Virus record (IMG/VR): IMGVR_UViG_3300032334_002236
Location: 1 to 64,000 of that record
Length of the DNA stretch: 64,000 nt
Strand: one strand, 5' to 3'
DNA from: a virus
Both the position numbers and the translations under genes were made by a program. Below, piece by piece: positions 54,186 through 64,000 of this stretch. The stretch's first letter is position 1. Each line of letters opens with the position of its first letter. The notes below the pieces were generated by a model. It saw nothing but the letters and a program-made list of their open reading frames with translations. It had not been told where the DNA came from and did no database searches.

Positions 54186-57100
54186 TCATCTCTGGTTAGT
54201 TAAAGCTAGGCCAGCATTGTTGATGCCACTCAACACACCGGTGGTTATTTCAATATTATCCACAGTGGCAGCACTAAGGAATATCTCATTGGGTAGACAT
54301 CTGATTTCATACAAGCTGCCGAAAACACTGTTGGTGTCTTGTGGTGCGATTATTATGCTGTTGAGCAAACCGGGCAATTTGCTGTGCAGATAGGCACTGA
54401 GTTCGGAAAAATAAAATGTCTCGCCGAAATCCCAGTTTTCCAGAGCAAAATAATCCTGTATGTGATCCACTATACGGCTCTTCAATTCGTTGTCACTGAT
54501 GCTGGTGTTGGTGTTCTTGACAACATAGAATTTAGCTTGTAGACTTAACATAGCTCTGTTGCCAAACAATAACTTATATCTGCCAGGATTGATCACCAGT
54601 TCGTCTGATATCATCTTGTTACGGAACAACCCACCATAGCTGTTGTTCAGTGTCACACTATCCAGCTCAGCTGGACGCATCTGTGTGTTTGTCTGATCTG
54701 CCACATAATTCCTGTACTGCTCGTCATAACTCCGGGTGATGATGAACATGTCAATCAAGTTACTTGTGGCAGGATCCAATCTGCGATCATTGTTGGCATT
54801 ATGTTGGTATTGGAAATTTATCAGTTGCCTTCCAGCAAAAACCAAGTATTGGCTGGTTACATCTCTGACTGCAGGAACATTGTTGGCTGATACTATCTGA
54901 TAAAATTTACGGTCAGTGACAGCATAGAACAATTTACCGATAGGGAATCCGTTCCTGGCCAACTGTATCTGGTTAAACGTGCTGTAATTGCTGGCATTGA
55001 TCACTTCACCAGTGTCCAATAATTGATAACGAACCAAGCTATCACTGTCAGTATAACTCTTGTAAAACACTGTGGTATTGGAGACCACTTTGCGGAATAT
55101 GTCTGGATCACTAGGCAATGTATCATTTGCACGGTTAGCATATGTGACCATTATACGGCTGCTGTCACTAAATCCGTCATTTTCCCTGATGTTATCGCTT
55201 ATCCTCAGGTCCACAGTTGCAGCCAATCCCATGTTGTTGGCCAACACCCTGATGTTGTCATACATCAGCTTGTTAGTGCTGCTGTCGAATACTGGTACCG
55301 GATTGATATTGAGGAAGCTGATCTGTTTCTTGCTGCCAAAAACCATTTCACATACACGATATGTCATGGTGTAACGGTTGCCGTCTGTCTGGAATAACAC
55401 CATCCAGCTGCTGTCCAAATTAGTACCCAGTGTATTGATATCGTAATCGCCAGTGACGCTGACATTGTCTATGCTGATTATGGTCCAAGGATCTTTGAAT
55501 CCACTAGTGAAACTGCGGTTGTATACCAGTGCAAATTCCTGATGGTTGAATATCAGGTTGATGATGGTGTTGGCAGTGATGTTCTGCATGGTGGTGGACC
55601 AGGGAGCATATACCTTGGCTACTATCGCACCAGTGGGAATATTGTCCAACAGTGTGATAGCACCTATCCTACGTCCAGCAACATAACTCACCTGCGTGCC
55701 ATCTCCCACCACGTTACGGACGCCTGTCCAGAATTCCATGCGGTCGGTGGTTATGGCTGGCGTGCCAGCTATCAGCACATTGTCCTTATCGAAATAATAA
55801 CCAGCAGGCGCACGTATCAACACCAGGCTGTTGGGCAACAGATATTGAGTGTTGCTGGTGCTGAATTCTGCCACTGTCTGGCTCACACCCACGTTGTTGA
55901 CAAAATATCCAGTGCAACTGCTGTTGTCATTGGTAGTACGCTGCCAGAACAGGTAGGGTTGATCCAGCAATCCGCCTATGTTGGTATAAAATGATATGCT
56001 GTTGTAGTTTTCATAATAGAACTGGCGCATGCCATCGCTTGCGATGCTGTTCAGCAATAACTTGTTGTAGACATCCACCACTTCATTGCGATTGGTAAAC
56101 ACAAAGTCCTGTGTCTTGTTCTTCTGGTCCTTGTAGAATACGCCGTCATCTGCAAACAAGTTGGTGCTGCTGTAGTTTCCCGTGGGGTCATTGATCTCGA
56201 TACCACGGCTGCTGCCGATACTGAAACGGTTGACTGCTTTGCTCTTGACTATGTCGCTGTATTGTGTGTAAGGAAAGCTGTTGTAATCTTCACCATTGAC
56301 CATGCGGTCCTGGCTGTAGAATGCCTGTGGTGCTTTGTTTTTTATCTCTGCCATGGAATCTGCCCGGCTGGCATTACTGACAGTGTATTGCAGGCTGGCC
56401 AGTATGCTCAATGTTTCCACACGGTTACTCTTGCTGACATAGGGTATGGTTATCAGTATACGGCTCATGTTACTGGGGCTTATGCGGTATGTGGTTCCAT
56501 TACTGACACGATAGTATAACCTATATGTACCATATGGAATGTTACCGAATGTGCCATCACTGAACACCAGATCTATCTGATCGTTCATCCTGCTATTGAC
56601 ACTATAGATGTTCCTGACACCTTTGGCCAGGTCGCTATAGATGGCGCTGCTGTTATACAAGCTGGGTACCTTGGTCCATAGGTCAGCAACGGTGCCATTC
56701 TGCAGATCATAGAACCAGATGTCTTCATTGTTGATGTTGTCGCTGTTTACATTGATCAGCCTATTGGGGATCTTATCCGAGATAGTCAAATCATTGTTGA
56801 GCAGGGTCCCCTGTTTGAAATACAGGAAATAACCAGTATTACTGCTGCCATAACCTTTACCATCATCCTGATGTATCAGACCGAATTGGCCACGTGTGCC
56901 AGGGTCCTGCTCAGTTATCAGATCGCTGGTAGCGATGTTGGCACCAACTATCTCGAAAGGACTGCTGTTGGTATCCAGGTTAGCAGTGAAGCTGAATACC
57001 GGTAAGATGCTATTGGGGGTAATGATGTTATATTGTTGGGTGAGTATGTTGCTGATATATTTGCTGGCATAGGGTCTGCCCACACGTCCTGATCCCTGAG

Positions 57101-57587
57101 TAGCATTCAATATCTGATTGAACTGGTTCTGCCAGTTCTGGTTTCCGCTGTCATCCCAGTTTACATATACATCATTTATGTTGTTGCCATTGATATCAGT
57201 CATGTTCTCAGTGGTACTGATAGCTGATATCTTTAACAACCCGCTTGCGCTCTTGTTACGATTGGGTGAATAACCCAGTTGTTTGATCAGTTTAAGCACA
57301 CTGTCACTACGGGTAGCAGTATCCAGGAAATTCTCACGAGCATTGAGATCGGTGCGGAAAGCCAATGCTTGTGCATTGAAAGCAATCAGATCCAATAATG
57401 CCACAAACTCTGAACTTTCTATGAAGTCATTGAAATCCTCTGCGTAATAAGTGCGGATGTAATCCACCATTACCTTGCGCATGGTTTCGAAATCATAACT
57501 CTGGAAATTGGCATCACTGAAGGTGGTGTACAGCGTCTTCCAATCTTGCAAAGCGAATAGATTATTTTGTCTGGTGTTACTGGCCAT
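54186..57587 (-). CDS. baseplate wedge subunit (T4 gp6-like)
   Basis: SYDFETMR, DFIESSE...LLDLIA, RENFLDTA, LGYSP, DLVFSDGTFG, EIK.KAP..F..QDRMVNGEDY. Confidence 0.85.
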   Translation of the reverse strand: MASNTRQNNLFALQDWKTLYTTFSDANFQSYDFETMRKVMVDYIRTYYAEDFNDFIESSEFVALLDLIAFNAQALAFRTDLNARENFLDTATRSDSVLKLIKQLGYSPNRNKSASGLLKISAISTTENMTDINGNNINDVYVNWDDSGNQNWQNQFNQILNATQGSGRVGRPYASKYISNILTQQYNIITPNSILPVFSFTANLDTNSSPFEIVGANIATSDLITEQDPGTRGQFGLIHQDDGKGYGSSNTGYFLYFKQGTLLNNDLTISDKIPNRLINVNSDNINNEDIWFYDLQNGTVADLWTKVPSLYNSSAIYSDLAKGVRNIYSVNSRMNDQIDLVFSDGTFGNIPYGTYRLYYRVSNGTTYRISPSNMSRILITIPYVSKSNRVETLSILASLQYTVSNASRADSMAEIKNKAPQAFYSQDRMVNGEDYNSFPYTQYSDIVKSKAVNRFSIGSSRGIEINDPTGNYSSTNLFADDGVFYKDQKNKTQDFVFTNRNEVVDVYNKLLLNSIASDGMRQFYYENYNSISFYTNIGGLLDQPYLFWQRTTNDNSSCTGYFVNNVGVSQTVAEFSTSNTQYLLPNSLVLIRAPAGYYFDKDNVLIAGTPAITTDRMEFWTGVRNVVGDGTQVSYVAGRRIGAITLLDNIPTGAIVAKVYAPWSTTMQNITANTIINLIFNHQEFALVYNRSFTSGFKDPWTIISIDNVSVTGDYDINTLGTNLDSSWMVLFQTDGNRYTMTYRVCEMVFGSKKQISFLNINPVPVFDSSTNKLMYDNIRVLANNMGLAATVDLRISDNIRENDGFSDSSRIMVTYANRANDTLPSDPDIFRKVVSNTTVFYKSYTDSDSLVRYQLLDTGEVINASNYSTFNQIQLARNGFPIGKLFYAVTDRKFYQIVSANNVPAVRDVTSQYLVFAGRQLINFQYQHNANNDRRLDPATSNLIDMFIITRSYDEQYRNYVADQTNTQMRPAELDSVTLNNSYGGLFRNKMISDELVINPGRYKLLFGNRAMLSLQAKFYVVKNTNTSISDNELKSRIVDHIQDYFALENWDFGETFYFSELSAYLHSKLPGLLNSIIIAPQDTNSVFGSLYEIRCLPNEIFLSAATVDNIEITTGVLSGINNAGLALTNQR

Positions 57588-57633
57588 GTATTTGCTCTTT
57601 TGATCTATTTATCGGCTATGAAATACACAGATA

Positions 57634-58020
57634 TTATAGCAGGAATAATCGCTGAGCTTGGCTATCGAATTTTATCTGTAATGTGGTGATCTGGTCGGTA
57701 TTATTGAAAGCCAGGGTGCATACCACTATCAGTCCATGACCATCAGGGCTTTCCTGCAAGGTAGCACCGCTGATCACGTTTAATCTGGGATCATTACTGA
57801 TGATGTTCTGTATGTTTGTCAGTATCTCGTCCTTCAAACCTATGGTCAATGGTTCGAACAACCTGTCCCAGATAATGCATCCAAACTCGGGATTCATCAG
57901 TTTTTCACCACGACGTATGTTGAAATTATTCAACAGATCCTGGATGATCAGATCGTTATCTGCGATCCTAAAAGGTCCGAAATCCCTGTTTACTGTGCTA
58001 TAACCGCGATACAATACCAT
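57634..58020 (-). CDS. baseplate wedge subunit (gp25-like)
   Basis: YRGYST, LIIQDLLNNFNIRRGEKLMNPEFGC.IWD.LFEP, DPR. Confidence 0.9.
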   Translation of the reverse strand: MVLYRGYSTVNRDFGPFRIADNDLIIQDLLNNFNIRRGEKLMNPEFGCIIWDRLFEPLTIGLKDEILTNIQNIISNDPRLNVISGATLQESPDGHGLIVVCTLAFNNTDQITTLQIKFDSQAQRLFLL

Positions 58021-58032
58021 GTGGTTATTTAC

Positions 58033-59247
58033 CTACTTTCTGAACACAGGTTTACTGAACACACTGCGGCCCAACGTGACACTGCCAGTGCCTGGCAGCA
58101 CATATCCACCACCGATAGGTGTTTTCCTGGTCTTGGTTTTTCCCAGGTTCTTCTGTGCCAGAGCCTGTTGGTTTATGTTATTCTGATATATCTCTCCAGA
58201 CTGGCTCATGTAGGCATCAGCAGTCATCTGGGTACGCAGTGCGATGTCATTGTTTTGTATCAGTGCTGCATCAGTATCTCTCTGGCTATAAGGTTCCGTG
58301 CCCGTTTGGCTATTGATCACTGATGTCTTATTTGTACCAGTCAATTGGCTGTTGATAGCCATACGCTGTTCTACCAATCCCTGCCGTTGGAATTTTGTAT
58401 TCTGTATCTGATCATTAAGAACTTGTTTCTTGTATGCATCAGTGGTCCTGACATATTCCGATGTGAGCGATGTTATCTGATCATCTAACAGGCTTATCTG
58501 CTTGTTTACCTGCTGGCGTTTCAGTTGGCTTGTGCCCTGGTTGCTGTCATATAATTGTGCTGTGCTATAAGCCACAGTGCCGCTCTGATTATTCTGTTTG
58601 GTTGTCAGGTGTTCCAGCATGTCTTTCTGGTTCCAATAAGATTTTATGTTCATGTCATCTGGTAATCTGGGAGGTGACTGTGCCAGATCTTGTATCTTTT
58701 CCTGCAACAAGCTGCTGGCTCCAGATGACAGCAGATCACTTGTGGGATTAACGAATCCCTTGTCGCCGTTTATTCCAGCGCCATTCTGCCAGGCATATTT
58801 TCGTGGCTGTACCAGATTGGTGAATTTCTCAGCGGTCATATTCAAAGCCAGCGCACAACCACGCAACTGGCTGTCCACATTGAACAACGAACCATCATTC
58901 AACAGGCTGATGAAATTACTGACCCAACACAACAGCGTCAGTGGATCTTTGAGATCAGGAACCTGTTGCGGTTCTATCCCTGTATTGTCTGCCATATATC
59001 TGCTGACCAATGCCACTTGCAGGGCATTTATATCTGTTATCCTCAAGTAATAGGCACACAGTTTTTCACTGGTATTATTACCCAGTTGTGCTGCATCAAT
59101 GAACAATGTAGCCAGGGCTGCTATGCCCTGTTCGGCTCTGAGATAAACTGCATAGCCCCCATTGGTGCCTGATGCATATTTGTCATTTGCATTGTACAGC
59201 AAGTTGCCTGGATTGTTGAGGTTAATACTAAGTGTCTTGTCTGCCAT
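58033..59247 (-). CDS. virion protein with N-terminal NNPGNL domain and coiled-coil C-terminus
   Basis: NLNNPGNL...GYAVY...EQGIAA; starts 1 nt after the gp5-like stop. Confidence 0.65.
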   Translation of the reverse strand: MADKTLSINLNNPGNLLYNANDKYASGTNGGYAVYLRAEQGIAALATLFIDAAQLGNNTSEKLCAYYLRITDINALQVALVSRYMADNTGIEPQQVPDLKDPLTLLCWVSNFISLLNDGSLFNVDSQLRGCALALNMTAEKFTNLVQPRKYAWQNGAGINGDKGFVNPTSDLLSSGASSLLQEKIQDLAQSPPRLPDDMNIKSYWNQKDMLEHLTTKQNNQSGTVAYSTAQLYDSNQGTSQLKRQQVNKQISLLDDQITSLTSEYVRTTDAYKKQVLNDQIQNTKFQRQGLVEQRMAINSQLTGTNKTSVINSQTGTEPYSQRDTDAALIQNNDIALRTQMTADAYMSQSGEIYQNNINQQALAQKNLGKTKTRKTPIGGGYVLPGTGSVTLGRSVFSKPVFRK

Positions 59248-59248
59248 A

Positions 59249-60865
59249 TTATACCACCATTATGATTCCAGTTCCAGTTCCCAGTGTGCCGCCACCAGCG
59301 ATGCCTGTGCCGCTGGGTGAAATAGTTCCCTGGTTATTGGTAGTGAGTCCAGTGATGAAACCAGGATCGTTAGTGTTGGCACCAGTGATGATACCAGTAT
59401 TGGTATTAGTATTAGTATTGGTATTAGTATTAGTATTGGTATTAGTATTGGTGCTACTGCTGGATTGTTGCAATTGGTTTAAGTTTGCCATGCCACCACC
59501 AAAATTGTTCTGTGCGCTATATGAATTAGTACTAATGGGGGTACTGCCAGCTGAACCTTCGAAACCTTCATTGGGATTGAAACTATAATCAGCTGGACCA
59601 CCACCGTTGTCCAGATGGTAGGGCCAGGGTTCGTGCCTGGGCATGTAGATGGGTAATTTGGCAACAGGTGCTGGTTCAGCATCTTGCTCTCCGCCACTGT
59701 TGATCAAGACCAATGCACCAACGATGACCACGACACCATGTCCATAGATGTTTATCATGTCTGCACTGTTAAGCCATACTTCACCGCCTTTGAGATGTAA
59801 TCCTGCTTCTGCGGTGATCTTGGTGTTCTCATGGCTCAGGCTGGTGATCTGGTTGCTTTCGCTGCGTATGTACTGGCGGCTTTCTATATCGATGGTGTCT
59901 GCTTTGAGACGGAAGCTGCGACCCACATCTATGAACATGTCTCGCATGGCTGTGATCTTGATGTCGCGTTGGCTGTACACATACACGTCACCTTCCTTGT
60001 CTATCTCCACCCAGGCTTTGCCGTTGTGATTGATGATATAGATGAACTCCTTGTCCTCCTCATCATGCATGAGGATGGTGTGTCCAGCAGTGCTGCGCAA
60101 TCTCAGCCTGCGATTTTCACCTTCTATGTTACCGTCATCCATGACGAAGGTGTGGCCACCCTTGCGCTCAGGATAATAGATCTTGAGAGTGCCATGTTTA
60201 TCATCGTAGGGCTCTATCACTGGGTCTCGGTCCACAGGCATACCTGGTGTACTGATACCGAACACCCTGCTGGGGCTTTCACGGAATGCAGTGCTGGTAC
60301 CAGGATTACGATGATCATCCTGATCTATACCCTGTTTCTTATAAGCCTTTTGCTGATAATCCAGAGGAGTCTGTGCCTTTGTATAGAAATTGGTGTAAGC
60401 ATCAGGACTCTGCTCCTTGTCATTCCATTCTTTCACAGGATCTTTACCGCCCACGATGTCATGGCTTATGCCAGGCATCATGTGCATGCTGGGCCAGTCT
60501 GGCACACAACCTATCCAATAACCCCTGCTGGGATCACCGTTGACAAATATGCACATGACGTTCACACCCACATCAGGGCTAGCGAACCATAAACCGCTGC
60601 TCTGTGGTTCAGTTTTCCTGCTGTCGAATGGCGGTGTCACTGTGTAAAAAGGACTGAGATAATCCACAGTCTTCCAGGAAGCATCGTCCGCAGGATCGCC
60701 ACCTAGTTCTGGTATGTAAACCTGGACACGACCGCTACGTTTGCGATCCACATTGGCTTTGACTGAACCGATATAGGGTCCAGGACTGATGCGAATGCCA
60801 TCTGCGCTTTCATGAACGGTGTGACCTAAGGGTTTTTTACTGTCGGTAATATCTAGATTAGGCAT
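59249..60865 (-). CDS. baseplate central spike (gp5/VgrG-like OB-fold plus beta-helix), no fused lysozyme domain
   Basis: GPYIG.V..NVD...SGRVQVYIP, GLWF..PDVG..V.C.F.NGD....YWIG, GGHTFVMDDG, RLRS.AGH.ILM.D, PRHEPW. Confidence 0.85.
   Translation of the reverse strand: MPNLDITDSKKPLGHTVHESADGIRISPGPYIGSVKANVDRKRSGRVQVYIPELGGDPADDASWKTVDYLSPFYTVTPPFDSRKTEPQSSGLWFASPDVGVNVMCIFVNGDPSRGYWIGCVPDWPSMHMMPGISHDIVGGKDPVKEWNDKEQSPDAYTNFYTKAQTPLDYQQKAYKKQGIDQDDHRNPGTSTAFRESPSRVFGISTPGMPVDRDPVIEPYDDKHGTLKIYYPERKGGHTFVMDDGNIEGENRRLRLRSTAGHTILMHDEEDKEFIYIINHNGKAWVEIDKEGDVYVYSQRDIKITAMRDMFIDVGRSFRLKADTIDIESRQYIRSESNQITSLSHENTKITAEAGLHLKGGEVWLNSADMINIYGHGVVVIVGALVLINSGGEQDAEPAPVAKLPIYMPRHEPWPYHLDNGGGPADYSFNPNEGFEGSAGSTPISTNSYSAQNNFGGGMANLNQLQQSSSSTNTNTNTNTNTNTNTNTNTGIITGANTNDPGFITGLTTNNQGTISPSGTGIAGGGTLGTGTGIIMVV
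59396..59452. repeat. 6-bp microsatellite (RGTATT) x9 encoding a Thr-Asn run in the gp5 tail
   Basis: agtattggtattagtattagtattggtattagtattagtattggtattagtattggt. Confidence 0.9.
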
Positions 60866-60880
60866 ATCTGGTTTCCATCT

Positions 60881-62761
60881 TTACATAGGTGAATTTTGAT
60901 TGAATTGTCCAAAGTCGGGCAAGGATACCTTGCCTGTGTTACCAGCGTTACCACCTGTGGTACCTGTAGCATCAGTTATATTACTATCTCTTTTGCCAGT
61001 CTGGCTACCAGCGTTGCCACCTGTGGTTCCAGTGGCATCAGTTATATTACTATCTCTTTGCCCGGACTGCTGGGTCTTCTGCGTGGTGGTATCATCCTGG
61101 TTTGTGTTGCGTATCATGCGTAATAACTGCGTAAAGCTGCCGTTGCGGAAACTGGACTTGACACTGATGATCTTATAAACACCTTGTATGAAGCTGGCGT
61201 CACCTACGTCAAATAATCCGTCGTCCTGATAATCGGTTTTAGGAGCGCGGCTGCGGATAAAAACGAATTGATCACTACTGGTAAAATCTATTGTATCTTT
61301 CAAGTTGATATTGTTGCCGCTGACAAAGTCTGGATCTCCCACTATCTGTATCTCCAATGTGACCATGTCCACATTATGATCATACACATATTGCATGATG
61401 TCGTCCACACTCATGCGAGCGATATTATCGGTCATGGGTCCAGTGTTCTGGCGATTGGCCAACCCACGTGCAGGAATCATCTTCCTGTCCAGTTGCAAGG
61501 GATTCTTTGTTGTGCCATTGATGTCTGGTTCTTCTGGTTGTTGGCCTTCCTTGATGGGACCGATGGTGTTACTGTCCTGGGCATTATAGTTGGCATGTGA
61601 TGCATTCCTGGCTGTCCAGAATGCTGTCTTGAAATCCATGTCTAGTCTCAGTATGTCCCGGTTAAGACCAGTATACAGGTAATCATAGACTCGCACACAG
61701 TCATCTATGGTGACTTTTTTAGTGGTTATGTGCGGTGGACTGATGCCTTTGACAGGATAGGTCACCACTTTATAGGTGAATACTTTCTGCCAGTCATTGC
61801 GTTTCCTGTCCCACTTAACGAACTGGGTGTCCACATTGATCTTCCACAATGTCATTTCTTTGCCGCCCACCTGGTCTTTCATGTAACTGCTATAGCCGAT
61901 GATGGTGTTGATGAAATCGGTGATCTTGGTACCTGATGCCACACGGAATACGTTGTTTTTTATCTCCAGCGGCAGGAATCCTTTCTGCATCTGCTGCCAA
62001 GCTCCAGCATTCTTGGCATCTGGCACACTGAATGTCTGGAACTGTTTGCGGTTATCAGTAGATACTTTGGCGCCTGCTATCTCACCGGGCAGCTCTATAA
62101 GATAAGTGTTAGCCTGTTCCACTTTCTGTAATTTGGTTTGCATCTCTTGTTCGGCCAGGTTCAGAGTGTCTTTGAGGCTCTTGACCATTTGCGAGTTGGG
62201 ACCTGACAATATGTGTTGTACGGTGGTACCTTGCAATTCCAAGCCGAACGGTATGAGATTTTCTGCTGGATTAAGTGCATAATGGCTTGTGGGGATAGCT
62301 CTACAACTATAGACGCTGCTGCCATTGAGTATCTTCATCTGGACGCCAGTCATGGTAAATGGTACCACTTTACTAGTGATCACACCAGTGGGGTTGCCAT
62401 CATCTGTATATCCCAGCCACTGGATCTTCATGGCGAAAAAACAACTGTTCCACTGGGCGCCAGGGTTAAGCCTAGCATGTGTCTTTAATATCTGTGCAAG
62501 GAATCGATTAGTGTAGGGTTCAGTGACATCGAATGTGAAATTGACCACATCTGTGTTCCTACCCCTGGCAGTGAGACCCACCAAGCTGCTCATCTCCAAG
62601 TTATCGATATGCAGGTCCAAAGGAAAATCCGCACTGCGGTTGCCGCCCACACCGCTGTCAGCTATGAGCAACTCTGAGCCTTGCAGTTCATTAGCCTTAC
62701 AGGCCCACATCTCTAACCTGTAAGCATAGTTGACATAGTTGTGTAATGTATTAGTGGCCAT
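60881..62761 (-). CDS. baseplate hub-like structural protein
   Basis: N.LHNY.NY.Y, FDVTEPY, YDYLYTGLN.DIL, LEIQIVGDP, GVYKIISVKSSFRNGSFTQ.L; lies between the gp53-like and gp5-like genes. Confidence 0.65.
   Translation of the reverse strand: MATNTLHNYVNYAYRLEMWACKANELQGSELLIADSGVGGNRSADFPLDLHIDNLEMSSLVGLTARGRNTDVVNFTFDVTEPYTNRFLAQILKTHARLNPGAQWNSCFFAMKIQWLGYTDDGNPTGVITSKVVPFTMTGVQMKILNGSSVYSCRAIPTSHYALNPAENLIPFGLELQGTTVQHILSGPNSQMVKSLKDTLNLAEQEMQTKLQKVEQANTYLIELPGEIAGAKVSTDNRKQFQTFSVPDAKNAGAWQQMQKGFLPLEIKNNVFRVASGTKITDFINTIIGYSSYMKDQVGGKEMTLWKINVDTQFVKWDRKRNDWQKVFTYKVVTYPVKGISPPHITTKKVTIDDCVRVYDYLYTGLNRDILRLDMDFKTAFWTARNASHANYNAQDSNTIGPIKEGQQPEEPDINGTTKNPLQLDRKMIPARGLANRQNTGPMTDNIARMSVDDIMQYVYDHNVDMVTLEIQIVGDPDFVSGNNINLKDTIDFTSSDQFVFIRSRAPKTDYQDDGLFDVGDASFIQGVYKIISVKSSFRNGSFTQLLRMIRNTNQDDTTTQKTQQSGQRDSNITDATGTTGGNAGSQTGKRDSNITDATGTTGGNAGNTGKVSLPDFGQFNQNSPM
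60940..61059. repeat. 66-bp period tandem duplication (RDSNITDATGTTGGNAG x2)
   Basis: Units start at 60940 and 61006; gcatcagttatattactatctc is identical in both. Confidence 0.85.
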
Positions 62762-62764
62762 GCA

Positions 62765-63067
62765 TCAACCTCCCAGCGCGGTACGAAGATATTTGCCTTG
62801 GGGCAGGTATATGACAGTGCCAGCATTGTGATCCCAGATGGGATCCTTTATGATATCAGGATTACGTACTGAAAACACCCACCATAGCCCACTGGTACCA
62901 TACAGATCATAAGCCATGAGATCTGGTCTCAGATCATAAGTGGGGCTGATGGCTATCAGGACGTCATCTGCTCTCGCAGGCACATCCCTCATGGTCATGA
63001 TGTCCAGGAAACGATTCTGTAACAGGGCGGTGGTGTAATAAGGACTGCTGATGCTGTACTCTACCAT
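62765..63067 (-). CDS. baseplate wedge subunit (gp53/LysM-like)
   Basis: YDLRPDLMAYDLYGTSGLWWVF..RNPD.IKDPI.D..AG..IYLP. Confidence 0.85.
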   Translation of the reverse strand: MVEYSISSPYYTTALLQNRFLDIMTMRDVPARADDVLIAISPTYDLRPDLMAYDLYGTSGLWWVFSVRNPDIIKDPIWDHNAGTVIYLPQGKYLRTALGG

Positions 63068-64000
63068 TAGATGAATCCTTGTCCTATCAGACCACCTTGT
63101 GCTAATTTTTCCAAGCTGTAGCTGTTGGTTATCTTATTTCTGCTGTATACTGGCATCATGCTGGCACTGATGGAGCACAGCGTGGGCACACGCTGATGGT
63201 TGCCTCCCACAGTGCAACTGATATAATCCACATCTGCAGGTAGTGTCATCTCATAGTTAGTCACAACCACCGGCACGTTCTCAAAAACCACTGGGCCATG
63301 GCCCGTGAGGAAGAATATAGGTGGCGGTGTGCCGCGCAGGCTGTCCTGACCATAAAACATCTTGGTGCTCATCCTGAGGAACCAGATCACGCCAGCCACA
63401 TATGCAGCACTAGCTTCGCTACTAGCTGAGAATTCACCAGTGACGTTGATGGATTCCACGCTGCTGTTCTGATAACTGACAACACCATAAGGAGTATGGG
63501 TCAGTTTTTGTACGTCATAGGTGGCACGATGGCTGCTGGTAACCGTTGGAGTATAAGGCCATAGTATGCCACCAGTGGCAGCAAGAGCACTGGCCACACC
63601 TTTGGTGAACTTGCCAGTGTTATCTTTGAGATATACACGATCATCTATGTTACCATATCTGCGATCCAGGTTGGCATTATTATCCACTAGTTTCTGATAA
63701 GGATCAGCACCATTAGGTAACCCGCTGTTGACCAGGCGTTGCTGCTTGAGGTCGCGGTTGGGTTCCAACTGGCTGCTGGTGCCCTGGATATAATCGGTAT
63801 TAGTGGTGGTGTATATGACGCTGGTGCTGCTGGCCTGGCTTCCACTAGCAGATATCTTGGCTAATGTCTGGGTGGCATAATTCTGAGCTGGTAATTTATA
63901 ACCACTGAATCCAGGAAGCTGCCCCTGTGTGTTATAATTGCTCAACGATGCGGTACCAGCAGGTCGTGTGCCAGTGTAACTGCTTTGGCGTTGGGAGCCG
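63067..64000 (-). CDS. tail-tube/baseplate junction-like protein, 5' end beyond the window
   Basis: Frame stays open upstream of TTG 63945 to the window edge; GILWPYTP, HTPY, FLRMSTKMFYG...GTPPP...L.GHG...F.NVPVVV, DVDYI. Confidence 0.65.
   Translation of the reverse strand, partial: GSQRQSSYTGTRPAGTASLSNYNTQGQLPGFSGYKLPAQNYATQTLAKISASGSQASSTSVIYTTTNTDYIQGTSSQLEPNRDLKQQRLVNSGLPNGADPYQKLVDNNANLDRRYGNIDDRVYLKDNTGKFTKGVASALAATGGILWPYTPTVTSSHRATYDVQKLTHTPYGVVSYQNSSVESINVTGEFSASSEASAAYVAGVIWFLRMSTKMFYGQDSLRGTPPPIFFLTGHGPVVFENVPVVVTNYEMTLPADVDYISCTVGGNHQRVPTLCSISASMMPVYSRNKITNSYSLEKLAQGGLIGQGFI

Noticed and set aside
39823-57000. Many + strand ORFs of 60-280 aa opposite the giant and gp6-like genes
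   Set aside because: They are fully antisense to long, well-formed genes and have no recognisable motifs.

Overview
This is a 64-kb piece of a large, T4-like (myovirus or jumbo-type) bacteriophage genome, read in the standard genetic code. The left ~21 kb is mostly + strand and driven by sigma70-type TTGACA promoters. It holds the end of a probable sliding clamp and then a 7-deazaguanine DNA-modification locus: a TGT/DpdA-like transglycosylase, a QueD-like paralog with an LxxxHRHxF motif (DpdL-like), FolE, QueD and QueE, with no QueC in the window. A cytidylyltransferase-cupin and a GT-B glycosyltransferase sit inside this locus. Further along are an RNase H/5'-3' exonuclease, a MoxR AAA ATPase and its vWA/metallopeptidase partner (separated by an inverted cassette of a fibre gene and a GT2-TPR gene), and ThyX. 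The right ~43 kb is a - strand virion module with (G)ATAAATA late promoters. It encodes gp53-, hub-, gp5-, gp25- and gp6-like baseplate proteins, a 4806-aa baseplate-associated protein, several fibres sharing one N-terminal domain, and a 2827-aa collagen-like fibre. The best leads are: (1) a deazaguanine pathway with embedded sugar enzymes, possibly a new glycosylated base; (2) a pseudoknot/RBS-sequestering RNA switch candidate upstream of queD-queE; (3) a possible system for glycosylating Gly-X-Thr collagen fibres; (4) tandem flagellin-like domains in the giant virion protein, plus a FlbD/SwrD-like gene; (5) an AT-rich gene inserted after folE between 39-bp direct repeats. All calls come from reading motifs by eye; no database searches were run.
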